Numbered from the stretch's first letter, positions 1 to 8,480 are shown. The stretch: DNA of 64,000 nt from Patescibacteria group bacterium (GCA_040384705.1 JAZKIU010000001.1:89907-153906), one strand, 5' to 3'. A program made the numbers and translations. The notes: generated by a model not told the origin, from the letters alone.

Positions 1-34
1 GAGCGTATCTCCTGATAAATACTGGGTCCGGTCC

Positions 35-1215
35 GGTTCCACGTGAAAGCGCAGTTCTTTCCATCATGCCAAATGCGGCCCCCGTTTTCCTCCAGTAGGC
101 CATCCAAAAGCCCCAAGCCCCATTTAGGTCCTACATCCCGGGTCGCAAAGTAGCCACAAATAAAGAGCCTCGTCTTTAGCCTAGAAACTTAGTTTCCGAG
201 CTAAAAACGAGGCTCTTTCTTATTTCATAGAGTTTTCACGTGAAATGTTTATAATAGCCACCAGCTAAAAGCACTGCTCCGGTAGTGCTTTTAGCCTTTT
301 CTATACCCACCTTTCACGTGGAACAGCTCTAATCCCTAGCTAACGTGGTGCTTTTCCAGTATTTCGCGTACTTCCTTCTCTTCTTCCACTTCCCTTCGTT
401 TCTTGCCTGAATCCCCTAATTCTTTAAGTTCGCTATCCGAAAGTTCTAATAGGCCTTCCGTACGCGTATCTAAATAACCCTCATCGTTCTTCTGAGGATC
501 CTCAAGCACCTCCTCCAATAGTGCATGAAGAATAAAGCCTATCTTTGGTCCTGGTTGCACGTGGAACTTCTCCATAATCCTGCTTCCGTCAGTCTTTAGC
601 ATTGCGACGCTGATGGGGTCACGAAGAGCCTCCTCGACCATTGCCTTGTATCTCCGGAAGCGGAATGGCTGCTCCTTAGGGCGGCCAGTTCCTATGCGGT
701 CGCATATACGGAGATTGAGCAAATCCCATATATTATCCTCACCGACATTCACTATCATGCGGCGGACAGCTGAAAGGGTTATTTGGTCGGGATCCGAGAA
801 AAACATGTGCCAACGCACCAATTTGGTCACCTTATCGATAGTTTCACGTGAAAACCGCATATCCTCGAGCGCCTTACGAGTTACACGTGAACCAACAACC
901 TCATGACCATGAAATGTCCAATCCTTCTTTTCGTCTGACCAGCGGCGCGTTTCTGGCTTAGATACGTCATGGAATAGGGCAGCGAGGCGTATATCGAAAT
1001 CCCACTCCTTATCTGCTGCATGCTGTACAGCGCGCATAAGATGGCCAAAAACGTCATAGCTATGAGCCTGGTTCTGTTCGATGCCTATTCCACGAGTTAG
1101 GTCCGGGGCGATATGCTCAAGGATGCCAAGCTGCTGGGAAAGGGTAAGGGCCATCATCGGCTGCTTGGACTCGAGTATTCGGACGAATTCGTCCCTGATT
1201 CTTTCACGTGAAATG
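35..1215. promoter_or_regulatory. Cluster of seven parS-like 16-bp palindromes (ParB-binding centromere sites)
   Basis: 16-mers centred on CACGTG resembling TGTTNCACGTGAAACA at 35-50, 232-247, 310-325, 553-568, 840-855, 879-894 and 1200-1215. Confidence 0.75.
162..295 (-). terminator. Two long inverted repeats downstream of cca
   Basis: AAAGAGCCTCGTCTTTAGC...GCTAAAAACGAGGCTCTTT (162-218) and GCTAAAAGCACTGC-TCCG-GTAGTGCTTTTAGC (about 264-295). Confidence 0.55.
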
Positions 1216-1799
1216 AGCTTGAGGTTTTGGCCCTTATTCTGTATAGCCGCAGCAGTTTCAGCATCAAGAGCGAACTCGAGCTCCGCAACCAATCGGACAG
1301 CCCTCATAAGACGTAGGCCATCCTCCTCGAAGCGGTCTTCGGCATTGCCGACAGTCCGCAAGACCCGAGCCTCTATATCTACCTGTCCTTTATAAGGGTC
1401 AACCAGCTGTCCTTTAGACTCATCGAGAGCGATGGCGTTGATAGTAAAGTCGCGACGGGCGAGGTCGTCCTCGAGGCTCTCGCCGAAGATGACCTCGTCC
1501 GGCCGACGCTTGTCCGAATACCCAGTCTCAGTTCGGTAGGGAGTCACTTCGATAACGGCGAGTTTCGAGCTTTCCGAGCCTGTCTTTACCCCCACCGTCC
1601 CGAACTCGTTCTCGTAGAAGGATTCCGGGAATATGCGCTGTATATCCTCGGGCTTCGCGTTCGTCGTTACATCCCAGTCCTTGGGCTCACGTTGGAGGAG
1701 GATATCGCGTACGCAGCCGCCGACTAGATAGGCTTCGAAACCTTCTTTACGAAGACCGTCAGATACGGCCTTCACTTCGAGCGGAACAGGGAAGTGCAT
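336..1799 (-). CDS. cca: CCA tRNA nucleotidyltransferase (class II) with HD domain
   Basis: Motifs VGGCVRD, DWDV, RRDFTINA, EDGLRLMR and ERIRDE; HD domain (LFHDVSK). Confidence 0.9.
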   Translation of the reverse strand: MHFPVPLEVKAVSDGLRKEGFEAYLVGGCVRDILLQREPKDWDVTTNAKPEDIQRIFPESFYENEFGTVGVKTGSESSKLAVIEVTPYRTETGYSDKRRPDEVIFGESLEDDLARRDFTINAIALDESKGQLVDPYKGQVDIEARVLRTVGNAEDRFEEDGLRLMRAVRLVAELEFALDAETAAAIQNKGQNLKLISRERIRDEFVRILESKQPMMALTLSQQLGILEHIAPDLTRGIGIEQNQAHSYDVFGHLMRAVQHAADKEWDFDIRLAALFHDVSKPETRRWSDEKKDWTFHGHEVVGSRVTRKALEDMRFSRETIDKVTKLVRWHMFFSDPDQITLSAVRRMIVNVGEDNIWDLLNLRICDRIGTGRPKEQPFRFRRYKAMVEEALRDPISVAMLKTDGSRIMEKFHVQPGPKIGFILHALLEEVLEDPQKNDEGYLDTRTEGLLELSDSELKELGDSGKKRREVEEEKEVREILEKHHVS

Positions 1800-1858
1800 T
1801 GAGAAAATACTAGTATGTGTGTGGTCATTCTCCTAGCTCTCGCGTAGTATCTGAATAC

Positions 1859-1933
1859 GCTCCTGTAGTGAAACGGATATCACAACAGTCTTCGGAACTG
1901 TCGTTCCAGGTTCGAGTCCTGGCGGGAGCACCA
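1859..1933 (+). tRNA. tRNA-Arg(TCG), CCA encoded
   Basis: Acceptor GCTCCTG/CGGGAGC; anticodon arm ACAGT-CTTCGGA-ACTGT; GTTCGAGTC T-loop; ends ACCA. Confidence 0.95.
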
Positions 1934-1934
1934 C

Positions 1935-1968
1935 AAAGAGAAAAGGCCCCCTGGGCCTTTTCTCTTTG
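1935..1968. terminator. Bidirectional terminator between convergent tRNAs
   Basis: AAAGAGAAAAGGCCC-CCT-GGGCCTTTTCTCTTT. Confidence 0.8.
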
Positions 1969-1982
1969 CTCGTTACTTCGAG

Positions 1983-2053
1983 TGCGGATAGGGAGAATCG
2001 AACTCCCGACTGATCCTTGGCAAGGATCCGTTTTACCACTAAACCATATCCGC
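1983..2053 (-). tRNA. tRNA-Gly(GCC)
   Basis: Reverse complement GCGGATATGGTTTAGTGGTAAAACGGATCCTTGCCAAGGATC...GTTCGATTC...TATCCGCA; no encoded CCA. Confidence 0.95.
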
Positions 2054-2086
2054 TTCGGGAGGCATCATAGCATGAAGATGCTGCGC

Positions 2087-2282
2087 TTATCCAGTGTATT
2101 TCAAGGAAATTCACGAAAATAGCTCTGTTCATAACTGGGGACAAACCTGTGTCCAGTGGGGATAAAGGACATAAGACAGGAAAGGCAATTTGGAGCGAGT
2201 CCGAAGAATACCTAGCAAATACAACACTTTATTCTTAGTCACGGTCTCGGTCATATATGCACCCGATATAAACTTGTCCACG
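2087..2282. promoter_or_regulatory. DnaA-box-like array (candidate oriC or DnaA-binding locus)
   Basis: TTATCCAGT 2087, TGTTCATAA 2126, TGGGGACAA 2136, TGGGGATAA 2157, TTGTCCACG 2274 in an AT-richer intergenic gap. Confidence 0.45.
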
Positions 2283-2392
2283 AACATATGCCCGTAGCGC
2301 AGGGGGACTTGAGGGACGTGCATACACATGACACGGCGCACCAACCTGGGGCACCTCCCCCAAATCCGGGAAAGCTGGTAGGATGCAGTAAA

Positions 2393-2463
2393 CGGGGTGT
2401 CGTATACCGGTAGTACGTCTGCTTTGGGAGCAGATAGACGGAGTTCAATTCTCCGCACCCCGA
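2393..2463 (+). tRNA. tRNA-Pro(TGG)
   Basis: Acceptor CGGGGTG/CACCCCG; anticodon arm TCTGC-TTTGGGA-GCAGA; GTTCAATTC T-loop. Confidence 0.93.
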
Positions 2464-3531
2464 CTAACGTCCAAGCGTCGCAAGAAGCTTCTTGCCCATG
2501 CGCTCCGCATCGTCCACGAAGACTGAGACAAAGCCCTTAACGCTTCCATTTCTGAAGTAGGAGTCGAATTCCTGGCCGCTATCCTTTTTGAAGCTGCTGC
2601 GAATGTGCCCGGCGGTAACTACTCGTACCTCACGGTTGCCGAACTCGCCCTTATCGCTTGCGGTCGTGATTATCCCTACCAACTGGCCGCTCGCGTTCAC
2701 GATGCCGCCGCCTGAGGAACCGTGCTGGCCGGCCGCGCTTCCGCTTAGCGTGAGGAGATCGACGCTGGTTGAGTCGAAGGTAAAGATGCTCTTCACTTGA
2801 GCGAACACGAGCGTAGGCAGAAGCGAGCTCTGTATCTGCTTGGAGGTGAGGTTCTGCGCACCATAGGAGCCGATACCCACGTTGTCCTTGAGTTTCGGCG
2901 TTGCTTTGGTGAGCGGAACATAGGGAAAAGAACTAGGGAGGGGAATAGGTGATGCGCTCTCGGTTATCGCGAGTACGGCGAAGTCATGCTCTCCGGTGCC
3001 CCGCGCTACCGTCGCGGCTATGGTGTCAGGATTGTCTTGTATCCATTCGCTTGATACATACGCCGCTTCTGCCCTGTACGCGGCCTGTGCGGGGCTTCCA
3101 GCGCGAATGGTGCAGGTTACAGCCCCTTCAGGCAGTACCTCTTTCAGCATGTAGTACTGCGCAATGTGGCTATTGGTGAGGATGAGGCCCTTAGGATCGA
3201 AGATGACACCGCTGCCGGACATCGAACGGACCTTCGCGTCCTTCGACATGCAGACGATATTCACTATCGCGCCGCGAAGCGTACCAAGTGCGAGCGCAAG
3301 GTCAGTCGAAGGGGCGTCAGGGAGAAGGGGAGCGAGTCCGGTCGGGGCTGCGGGCTTGGGTGGAGCAGGTTTCGGGAGCTGGGCTTTAGGAAGCGGGACC
3401 GTACTCGTTGCAGTCGGGCCGAATATACCGGTTACTTGAGGCGTGGTAGAGCCTATCTGCGTTCCGTAGAGCGAGTTAAGCGTAATGATGAGCGCGGAAA
3501 GCGCGGAGATGACGCCTTGGAGAGCGGGCAT
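2464..3531 (-). CDS. Exported trypsin-like (S1) serine protease
   Basis: Hydrophobic N-terminus and Pro-rich linker; catalytic triad motifs TNSH, DFAVL and GSSGG. Confidence 0.8.
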   Translation of the reverse strand: MPALQGVISALSALIITLNSLYGTQIGSTTPQVTGIFGPTATSTVPLPKAQLPKPAPPKPAAPTGLAPLLPDAPSTDLALALGTLRGAIVNIVCMSKDAKVRSMSGSGVIFDPKGLILTNSHIAQYYMLKEVLPEGAVTCTIRAGSPAQAAYRAEAAYVSSEWIQDNPDTIAATVARGTGEHDFAVLAITESASPIPLPSSFPYVPLTKATPKLKDNVGIGSYGAQNLTSKQIQSSLLPTLVFAQVKSIFTFDSTSVDLLTLSGSAAGQHGSSGGGIVNASGQLVGIITTASDKGEFGNREVRVVTAGHIRSSFKKDSGQEFDSYFRNGSVKGFVSVFVDDAERMGKKLLATLGR

Positions 3532-3601
3532 ATATGAACGCTACACCGGAGCCGTTCAAAAATACAGCCCGCGCGCTGGCTATGGTATCCTCTTTGGCGA
3601 A

Positions 3602-3672
3602 GCGGGATTAGTTTAATGGTAGAACATCAGTTTTCCAAACTGAGAGCAGGAGTCCGATTCTCCTATCCCGCA
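3602..3672 (+). tRNA. tRNA-Gly(TCC)
   Basis: Acceptor GCGGGAT/ATCCCGC; anticodon arm TCAGT-TTTCCAA-ACTGA; atypical T-loop TCCGATT. Confidence 0.9.
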
Positions 3673-3820
3673 CACTCTTATGCAGGCCTGCGAAAGCAAT
3701 GCCTATCCACCACGTCTTACCCTTTAGTCCACCAAACCTGCCTTCATTGCTTTTCCACCTACTTTTGGTGTAATGTCGGTAGTAGGTACCGGGCGAACGA
3801 TTATAAATGGCTTATTTACT

Positions 3821-4735
3821 ATGCAGAAAATCACTTCTAAGACAGGAATCCTAGCTTTTGCGGCGTTTATCGCGGCAGCTTTCATGATTCTGGGCTTCGC
3901 TCAGGCAGCAAGCGCCCAGGCGACGCAGTGCGTATTCACCCGTGACCTCGGACTCGGGGCAGTGGGCGAGGACGTACGCTGCCTCCAGCGTTACCTCAAC
4001 GCTTCGGGCTACACCGTAGCTTTCTCGGGTATTGGGTCTTATGGCTATGAGGGCACCTACTTCGGCACGCTCACCCAGGCAGCTGTTGCTCGCCTCCAGG
4101 CAGCAAACGGGCAGCAGGTAACCGGATACTTCCGTGTTGCATCGCTCACTGGTGGAAGCTCGAACCCCTTCACGAACAATCCTATCAACACGGGTTCATC
4201 GAACAATGATGACGATGATCACGATCGCAACGATGCCCGCAAGGCAATCCGCGATGCGGAAGAGGCGTACGACGATGCTAAGGATGAGGTAGAGGAGGCG
4301 GAGGACAAGAACAAGGACATCAATGATGCCGATGACTTCCTCGACGATGCCCGCAAGGACCTCCGTCAGGCGGACCGTGCGTACGATGATGAGGAGTATG
4401 ATGACGCCGTAGACTTCGCTAACGATGCGGAGGATGCAGCCGAGGATGCTATCGATGAGATAGACGACAACGACGGCACCAACAGCGGTACCGAGAGCCG
4501 CGCTCGCGAAGCTCTTGAGGACGCTGATGACGCTATCGACGACGCATGGGAGGACGTCGAGGATGCTGAAGACGATGGCGAGGATGTCGACGAAGCCGAG
4601 GACCTCCTTGATGAGGCCGAGGAAGAGTACGACGACGCTATCGATGCGTTCGACGACAAGGACTACGATGAAGCTATCGATCGTGCAGAGGAGGCAGAGG
4701 ACCTCGCTGACGAGGCTGTCGACGAGCTCGACTAA
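3821..4735 (+). CDS. Secreted peptidoglycan-binding-domain protein with duplicated acidic helical repeats
   Basis: Signal peptide; PG-binding-like motif GEDVRCLQRYLN...YFGTLTQAAVARLQ; D/E-rich C-terminus. Start placed at ATG 3821. Confidence 0.75.
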   Translation: MQKITSKTGILAFAAFIAAAFMILGFAQAASAQATQCVFTRDLGLGAVGEDVRCLQRYLNASGYTVAFSGIGSYGYEGTYFGTLTQAAVARLQAANGQQVTGYFRVASLTGGSSNPFTNNPINTGSSNNDDDDHDRNDARKAIRDAEEAYDDAKDEVEEAEDKNKDINDADDFLDDARKDLRQADRAYDDEEYDDAVDFANDAEDAAEDAIDEIDDNDGTNSGTESRAREALEDADDAIDDAWEDVEDAEDDGEDVDEAEDLLDEAEEEYDDAIDAFDDKDYDEAIDRAEEAEDLADEAVDELD

Positions 4736-4754
4736 TCGACTAGTCGCTCAAAGG

Positions 4755-4785
4755 AAAACACCCGCTTCTGGCGGGTGTTTTCTTT
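4755..4785 (+). terminator. Intrinsic terminator
   Basis: AAAACACCCGC-TTCTG-GCGGGTGTTTTCTTT. Confidence 0.8.
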
Positions 4786-4834
4786 AATTGAATCCCTTCA
4801 TTGATTTTCATACTGTGGAGCGTACCCTTTCCAT

Positions 4835-5974
4835 ATGGAACCGCTCGCCAATCGTATACGACCACAGACCATCGAAGAGGTGGTGGGGCAGGAGCATCTC
4901 GTTGGAGAAGGGAAGCCCCTTCGTGTCGCGATAGAGAAGCAGCACCGCTTCTCGTTCATCTTGTGGGGGCCACCAGGCACCGGCAAAACCACCATCGCCC
5001 GTATCTATGCCCGAGCGCTCGATGCGGAGCTTCATGAGCTCTCCGCGGTCTCAGCCGGCAAGGATGACATACGGAAGATAGTCGGCGAGAGCCGGACACC
5101 CACGCTCGGGCTTCGTCCCAAGGTGCTCTTCCTGGATGAGATACATCGCTTCAATAAAGCGCAGCAGGACTTCCTCCTGCCCTACGTCGAGAGCGGCGAA
5201 CTCACGCTGATTGGCGCCACTACCGAGAACCCTTCGTTCGAAGTCATTCCAGCGCTTCTCTCGAGGGCTCGTGTATTCGTGCTCGAGCCGCTTTCAGAGG
5301 AATCACTACGGGCGATAGTCGCCCGAGCCAAAGTGAAGCTCGGTAAGGACGCATTCGAGTGGTTGATGGGATACGCGAACGGGGACGCCAGGCGCGCCCT
5401 CACGGTGCTTGAGGGCGCTAAGACGCTTTATGGGAAGGTGACGGTAGATACGCTCAATAGGGCGCTCGAGGACCCCCATCTGCGCTACGACAAGAAGGGC
5501 GAGGAGCACTACGACACCATAAGCGCGTTCATAAAGAGCATGCGTGCCAGCCAGCCCGACGCCGCCATGTACTATCTCGCCCGCATGGTAGAGGCAGGTG
5601 AGGACCCGCTCTTCATCGCGAGAAGAATGGTCATCTTCGCATCAGAGGACATAGGGCTCGCGCAGCCCACCGCCCTCGTCGTCGCTAACTCGGTGTTCCG
5701 CGCTTGCGAAGTCATCGGATATCCGGAATGCGCCATCAATCTTGCGCATGGCGTCGCGTATCTTGCGAACGCTGCGAAGGACCGTTCCGCGTACGATGCG
5801 TTGATGGCGGCCCAATCCGACGCACGCAAGCTCGGGAACCTTCCCATACCGAAGAAGATACGGAATGCACCAACCAAGCTCATGAAGGAGCTCGGGTACC
5901 ACAAGGGGTATAAGAAATACGACGAGGAGAGCTATCTACCCGATAAATTGAAGGATAAGAAGTACTTCACATAG
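4835..5974 (+). CDS. rarA: Replication-associated recombination protein A (MgsA/RarA AAA+ ATPase)
   Basis: GPPGTGKTT, DEIHRFNKAQQD, GATTENPSF, ISAFIKSMR and ASEDIGLA motifs. Confidence 0.95.
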   Translation: MEPLANRIRPQTIEEVVGQEHLVGEGKPLRVAIEKQHRFSFILWGPPGTGKTTIARIYARALDAELHELSAVSAGKDDIRKIVGESRTPTLGLRPKVLFLDEIHRFNKAQQDFLLPYVESGELTLIGATTENPSFEVIPALLSRARVFVLEPLSEESLRAIVARAKVKLGKDAFEWLMGYANGDARRALTVLEGAKTLYGKVTVDTLNRALEDPHLRYDKKGEEHYDTISAFIKSMRASQPDAAMYYLARMVEAGEDPLFIARRMVIFASEDIGLAQPTALVVANSVFRACEVIGYPECAINLAHGVAYLANAAKDRSAYDALMAAQSDARKLGNLPIPKKIRNAPTKLMKELGYHKGYKKYDEESYLPDKLKDKKYFT

Positions 5975-6008
5975 TAAAAGCCCCAGCAAGCGCTGGGGCT
6001 TTTACTAT
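5971..6008. terminator. Bidirectional terminator between rarA and hup
   Basis: Perfect 17-bp stem ATAGTAAAAGCCCCAGC-AAGC-GCTGGGGCTTTTACTAT. Confidence 0.85.
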
Positions 6009-6021
6009 AAAGAAGCGGATA

Positions 6022-6294
6022 TTACTTAACCGCGTCCTTGAGCGCCTTAGCCGCGCGGAACTTAGGAGTGCGCGTAGCGGCGATCTTGATGGTCTCGCCG
6101 GTGCGAGGGTTGCGACCGGTGCGCGCTGGGCGAGCCTTCGCGCTGAAGATACCGAGGCCTGCGATCGAAACCTCATCACCTGCCTTGAGGCCGGTGGTGA
6201 TGCAATCGATGATGGTCTCGACTGCGCGCTCTGCGTCAGCCTTGGTGGTGCCAAGGGTGTCCTGCACTTTTGCTGCGATTTCTGCTTTGTTCAT
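6022..6294 (-). CDS. hup: HU family DNA-binding protein
   Basis: MNKAEIA...GLGIFS...RTGRNPRTGETIKI; start at ATG 6294 gives 90 aa. Confidence 0.95.
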   Translation of the reverse strand: MNKAEIAAKVQDTLGTTKADAERAVETIIDCITTGLKAGDEVSIAGLGIFSAKARPARTGRNPRTGETIKIAATRTPKFRAAKALKDAVK

Positions 6295-6438
6295 AAACGT
6301 CTGGGGAGTCTTTAGGGCTAATCCCCTCTCGGGGAGGGTACGGGAAAAGTATAGGAAATGAGCCATATTGCGCAATAGGGCTTGCAAATAGGCGGGGATA
6401 AGGTGAAATAGCGATTTTCGCCCTCGTATACTGGCGGT

Positions 6439-6729
6439 ATGAACATCTTCGAGTTCGGAAGGCCTAAGCAAAAGACGATAGAACCGGTCGAATCAGCGCC
6501 AGAAAATGTAGTACATACGCCACATCCTGAGAATCTCCCCGACATATTCGCGGACGTACGGAACAGCCTCGCCGCAGGAAAGGTGGGCGAGGCTGATCTT
6601 GAATTGAACCTGGATTACTCGAAGATTGAAGAGCTCGAACGGGCAGGAAAGCTTACCGAAGAGGAGGCGCAGGTGCTCCGCGACGAGGCGGCTGCCTTCG
6701 AGAGGGAAATCCGCCGCGAAGCCGCCTAA
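6439..6729 (+). CDS. Hypothetical acidic protein (short C-terminal SHOCT-like helix pair)
   Basis: 96-aa ORF filling the gap; TATACT 6 nt before the ATG. Confidence 0.6.
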   Translation: MNIFEFGRPKQKTIEPVESAPENVVHTPHPENLPDIFADVRNSLAAGKVGEADLELNLDYSKIEELERAGKLTEEEAQVLRDEAAAFEREIRREAA

Positions 6730-8259
6730 CTAGCGGGCGAATTCGACGACGCGGTTCTCGCGGATGACGTTCACCTTTATCTCTCCCGGGTATTTAAGTT
6801 CCGATTGCACGCGATCCGCAATCTTGCGAGCAAGCTTGTGGGTCTCGAGGTCCGAAACCTTGCCGGGGTTCACGAAGATACGTATCTCGCGGCCTGCTGA
6901 GATGGCATATACCTTCTCGACGCCTTCGAATCCCTTCGCGATGCGCTCAAGATCGCCGAGGCGCTCGAGATAGCGCTCTACGGTGTCGCGGCGTGCACCA
7001 GGGCGACCCGCTGAGATGGCGTCCGCCACCTGCACGATGACGGATTCCGGCGTTTCATACGGATATTCCTCGTGATGCGCCTGCATAGCCTGGATGACTT
7101 CCTTCGCCACGCCGAACTTCTCGAGTATGCGGCGGCCTATTTCCACATGCGTACCCTGCACTTCATGGTCGACGGCCTTGCCGATGTCATGGAGGAGCGC
7201 GCCCGCGCGCGCGGTCTGAGCATCAGCACCAAGCTCATCTGAAAGCATGCCGGCGATATGCGCCATCTCTATTGAGTGCTGGAGCACATTCTGCCCATAG
7301 CTCGTGCGGAAGTGGAGGCGGCCAAGGAGCGCGATGAGGCGAGGGTCGAGTCCCACGATACCTACCTCATACGCCGCTTCCTCGCCCTTCTGCTTCACCA
7401 TGTCCTGTACCTGCTTCTTCGCTTTCTCAACGGTATCCTCTATCTTCGCGGGCTGGATACGCCCATCCTCGAGGAGTTCCTCAAGCGCCAGTTTCGCGAT
7501 ATGACGGCGGAGCGGATCGAATGACGAGAGCGTTATCTTATCCGGAGCGTCATCGATGATGACATCGACACCGGTCGCACGCTCGAATGCCTTTATATTC
7601 CTTCCTTCCTTACCGATTATCTTCCCCTTCATCTCCTCGGAAGGAAGCGTGACGGAAAGCGTCATGATATCCGCATTCACGCTCGAACCGAGACGATGGA
7701 TGGTGGAAAGGAGTATGGAGCGCGCCTTCTCCTCGAGCTGCTTCCTCCCATGCGCCTCGAGCTTCTGGAGGCGGGCGAGCAATGCCTCGACCTCGGTTTC
7801 CTCGAGGTCCTTCATGAGCATGGTGCGGGCTTCCTCCTCGGAGAGACGGCCCATACGTACGAGCTCGAGACGGCGCTCCTTGAGGAGCTTCTCTGCATCC
7901 TTCCGCAGGTTAGTCGCTTCGTTCTCACGATTACGCACCTCTTCCGCTTCCATGGAGAGGGTACGCTCACGCTCATCGAGGAATTCCTCGCGCTTCGCGA
8001 TGCGTTCGGTGGACTTGATGAGCACCTCCTCCCGTTCCTTGAGGGGAAGCGCCTTCTCCTTCTCCAGCTGAAGAGAGCGTGCTTCAGCTTCAGCGACTAT
8101 CTTGTTAGCGCGTTCCTTCGCTTCGAGAAACTTCTGCTTCACCTCGAGCTCCAAGGAGCCGCGCTGGCCGAGCGCGATGAGGAGCCGGAGCACGTACCCC
8201 AGCGCGATGCCGGCGAGCCCCGAAAGGGCTAGCAAGCTCAATATTAGTTTTATGGACAT
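6730..8259 (-). CDS. rny: Ribonuclease Y
   Basis: N-terminal TM helix, coiled coil, KH domain (KGKIIGKEGRNI), HD domain (LLHDIGK), DAISAGRPGAR. Confidence 0.96.
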   Translation of the reverse strand: MSIKLILSLLALSGLAGIALGYVLRLLIALGQRGSLELEVKQKFLEAKERANKIVAEAEARSLQLEKEKALPLKEREEVLIKSTERIAKREEFLDERERTLSMEAEEVRNRENEATNLRKDAEKLLKERRLELVRMGRLSEEEARTMLMKDLEETEVEALLARLQKLEAHGRKQLEEKARSILLSTIHRLGSSVNADIMTLSVTLPSEEMKGKIIGKEGRNIKAFERATGVDVIIDDAPDKITLSSFDPLRRHIAKLALEELLEDGRIQPAKIEDTVEKAKKQVQDMVKQKGEEAAYEVGIVGLDPRLIALLGRLHFRTSYGQNVLQHSIEMAHIAGMLSDELGADAQTARAGALLHDIGKAVDHEVQGTHVEIGRRILEKFGVAKEVIQAMQAHHEEYPYETPESVIVQVADAISAGRPGARRDTVERYLERLGDLERIAKGFEGVEKVYAISAGREIRIFVNPGKVSDLETHKLARKIADRVQSELKYPGEIKVNVIRENRVVEFAR

Positions 8260-8264
8260 ACAAT

Positions 8265-8372
8265 TCGGGTCCCGTGCGAGGCTATACGCCTCACGCAGGA
8301 GTTAAGGCAAGATAAGGTCAGCCGGAAATCAGTCGAATAAGCGTCTCGTGCGTGGCCTGACTACGGGCACGA
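8265..8372 (-). ncRNA. Candidate compact 6S-like RNA or structured rny leader
   Basis: Long irregular hairpin (CCCGT/ACGGG, AGGC/GCCT, CACGCA/TGCGTG, GAG/CTC) around a central bubble; TTGCTT-17-TATATA promoter upstream. Confidence 0.4.
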
Positions 8373-8480
8373 TACACCTATATATTGGAGCGCGCAAAAC
8401 AAAGCAATTACTCGACAAATAGCGCATAGAGCGTTATATATGTTGCGGGTTAAGTTTCGTATCTCTGGTGGGAGTGGGTG

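Noticed and set aside
1-123. Possible minus-strand ORF start running off the left edge
   Set aside because: Too short to assess and no recognisable motif
1817-2458. Short ORFs overlapping the tRNA cluster
   Set aside because: They overlap well-formed tRNAs and the DnaA-box-like array; spurious
3703-3760. Three TCCACC motifs upstream of the PG-binding gene
   Set aside because: Irregular spacing and weak match to DnaA or MraZ boxes; not distinguishable from chance
4366-4659. Ser/Ala-rich antisense ORF
   Set aside because: Shadow of the GAC/GAG-rich acidic repeats on the + strand
8265-8372. SRP RNA interpretation of the rny-upstream hairpin
   Set aside because: Lacks the helix-8 signature (CAGG...GGAA...AGCAG) on either strand
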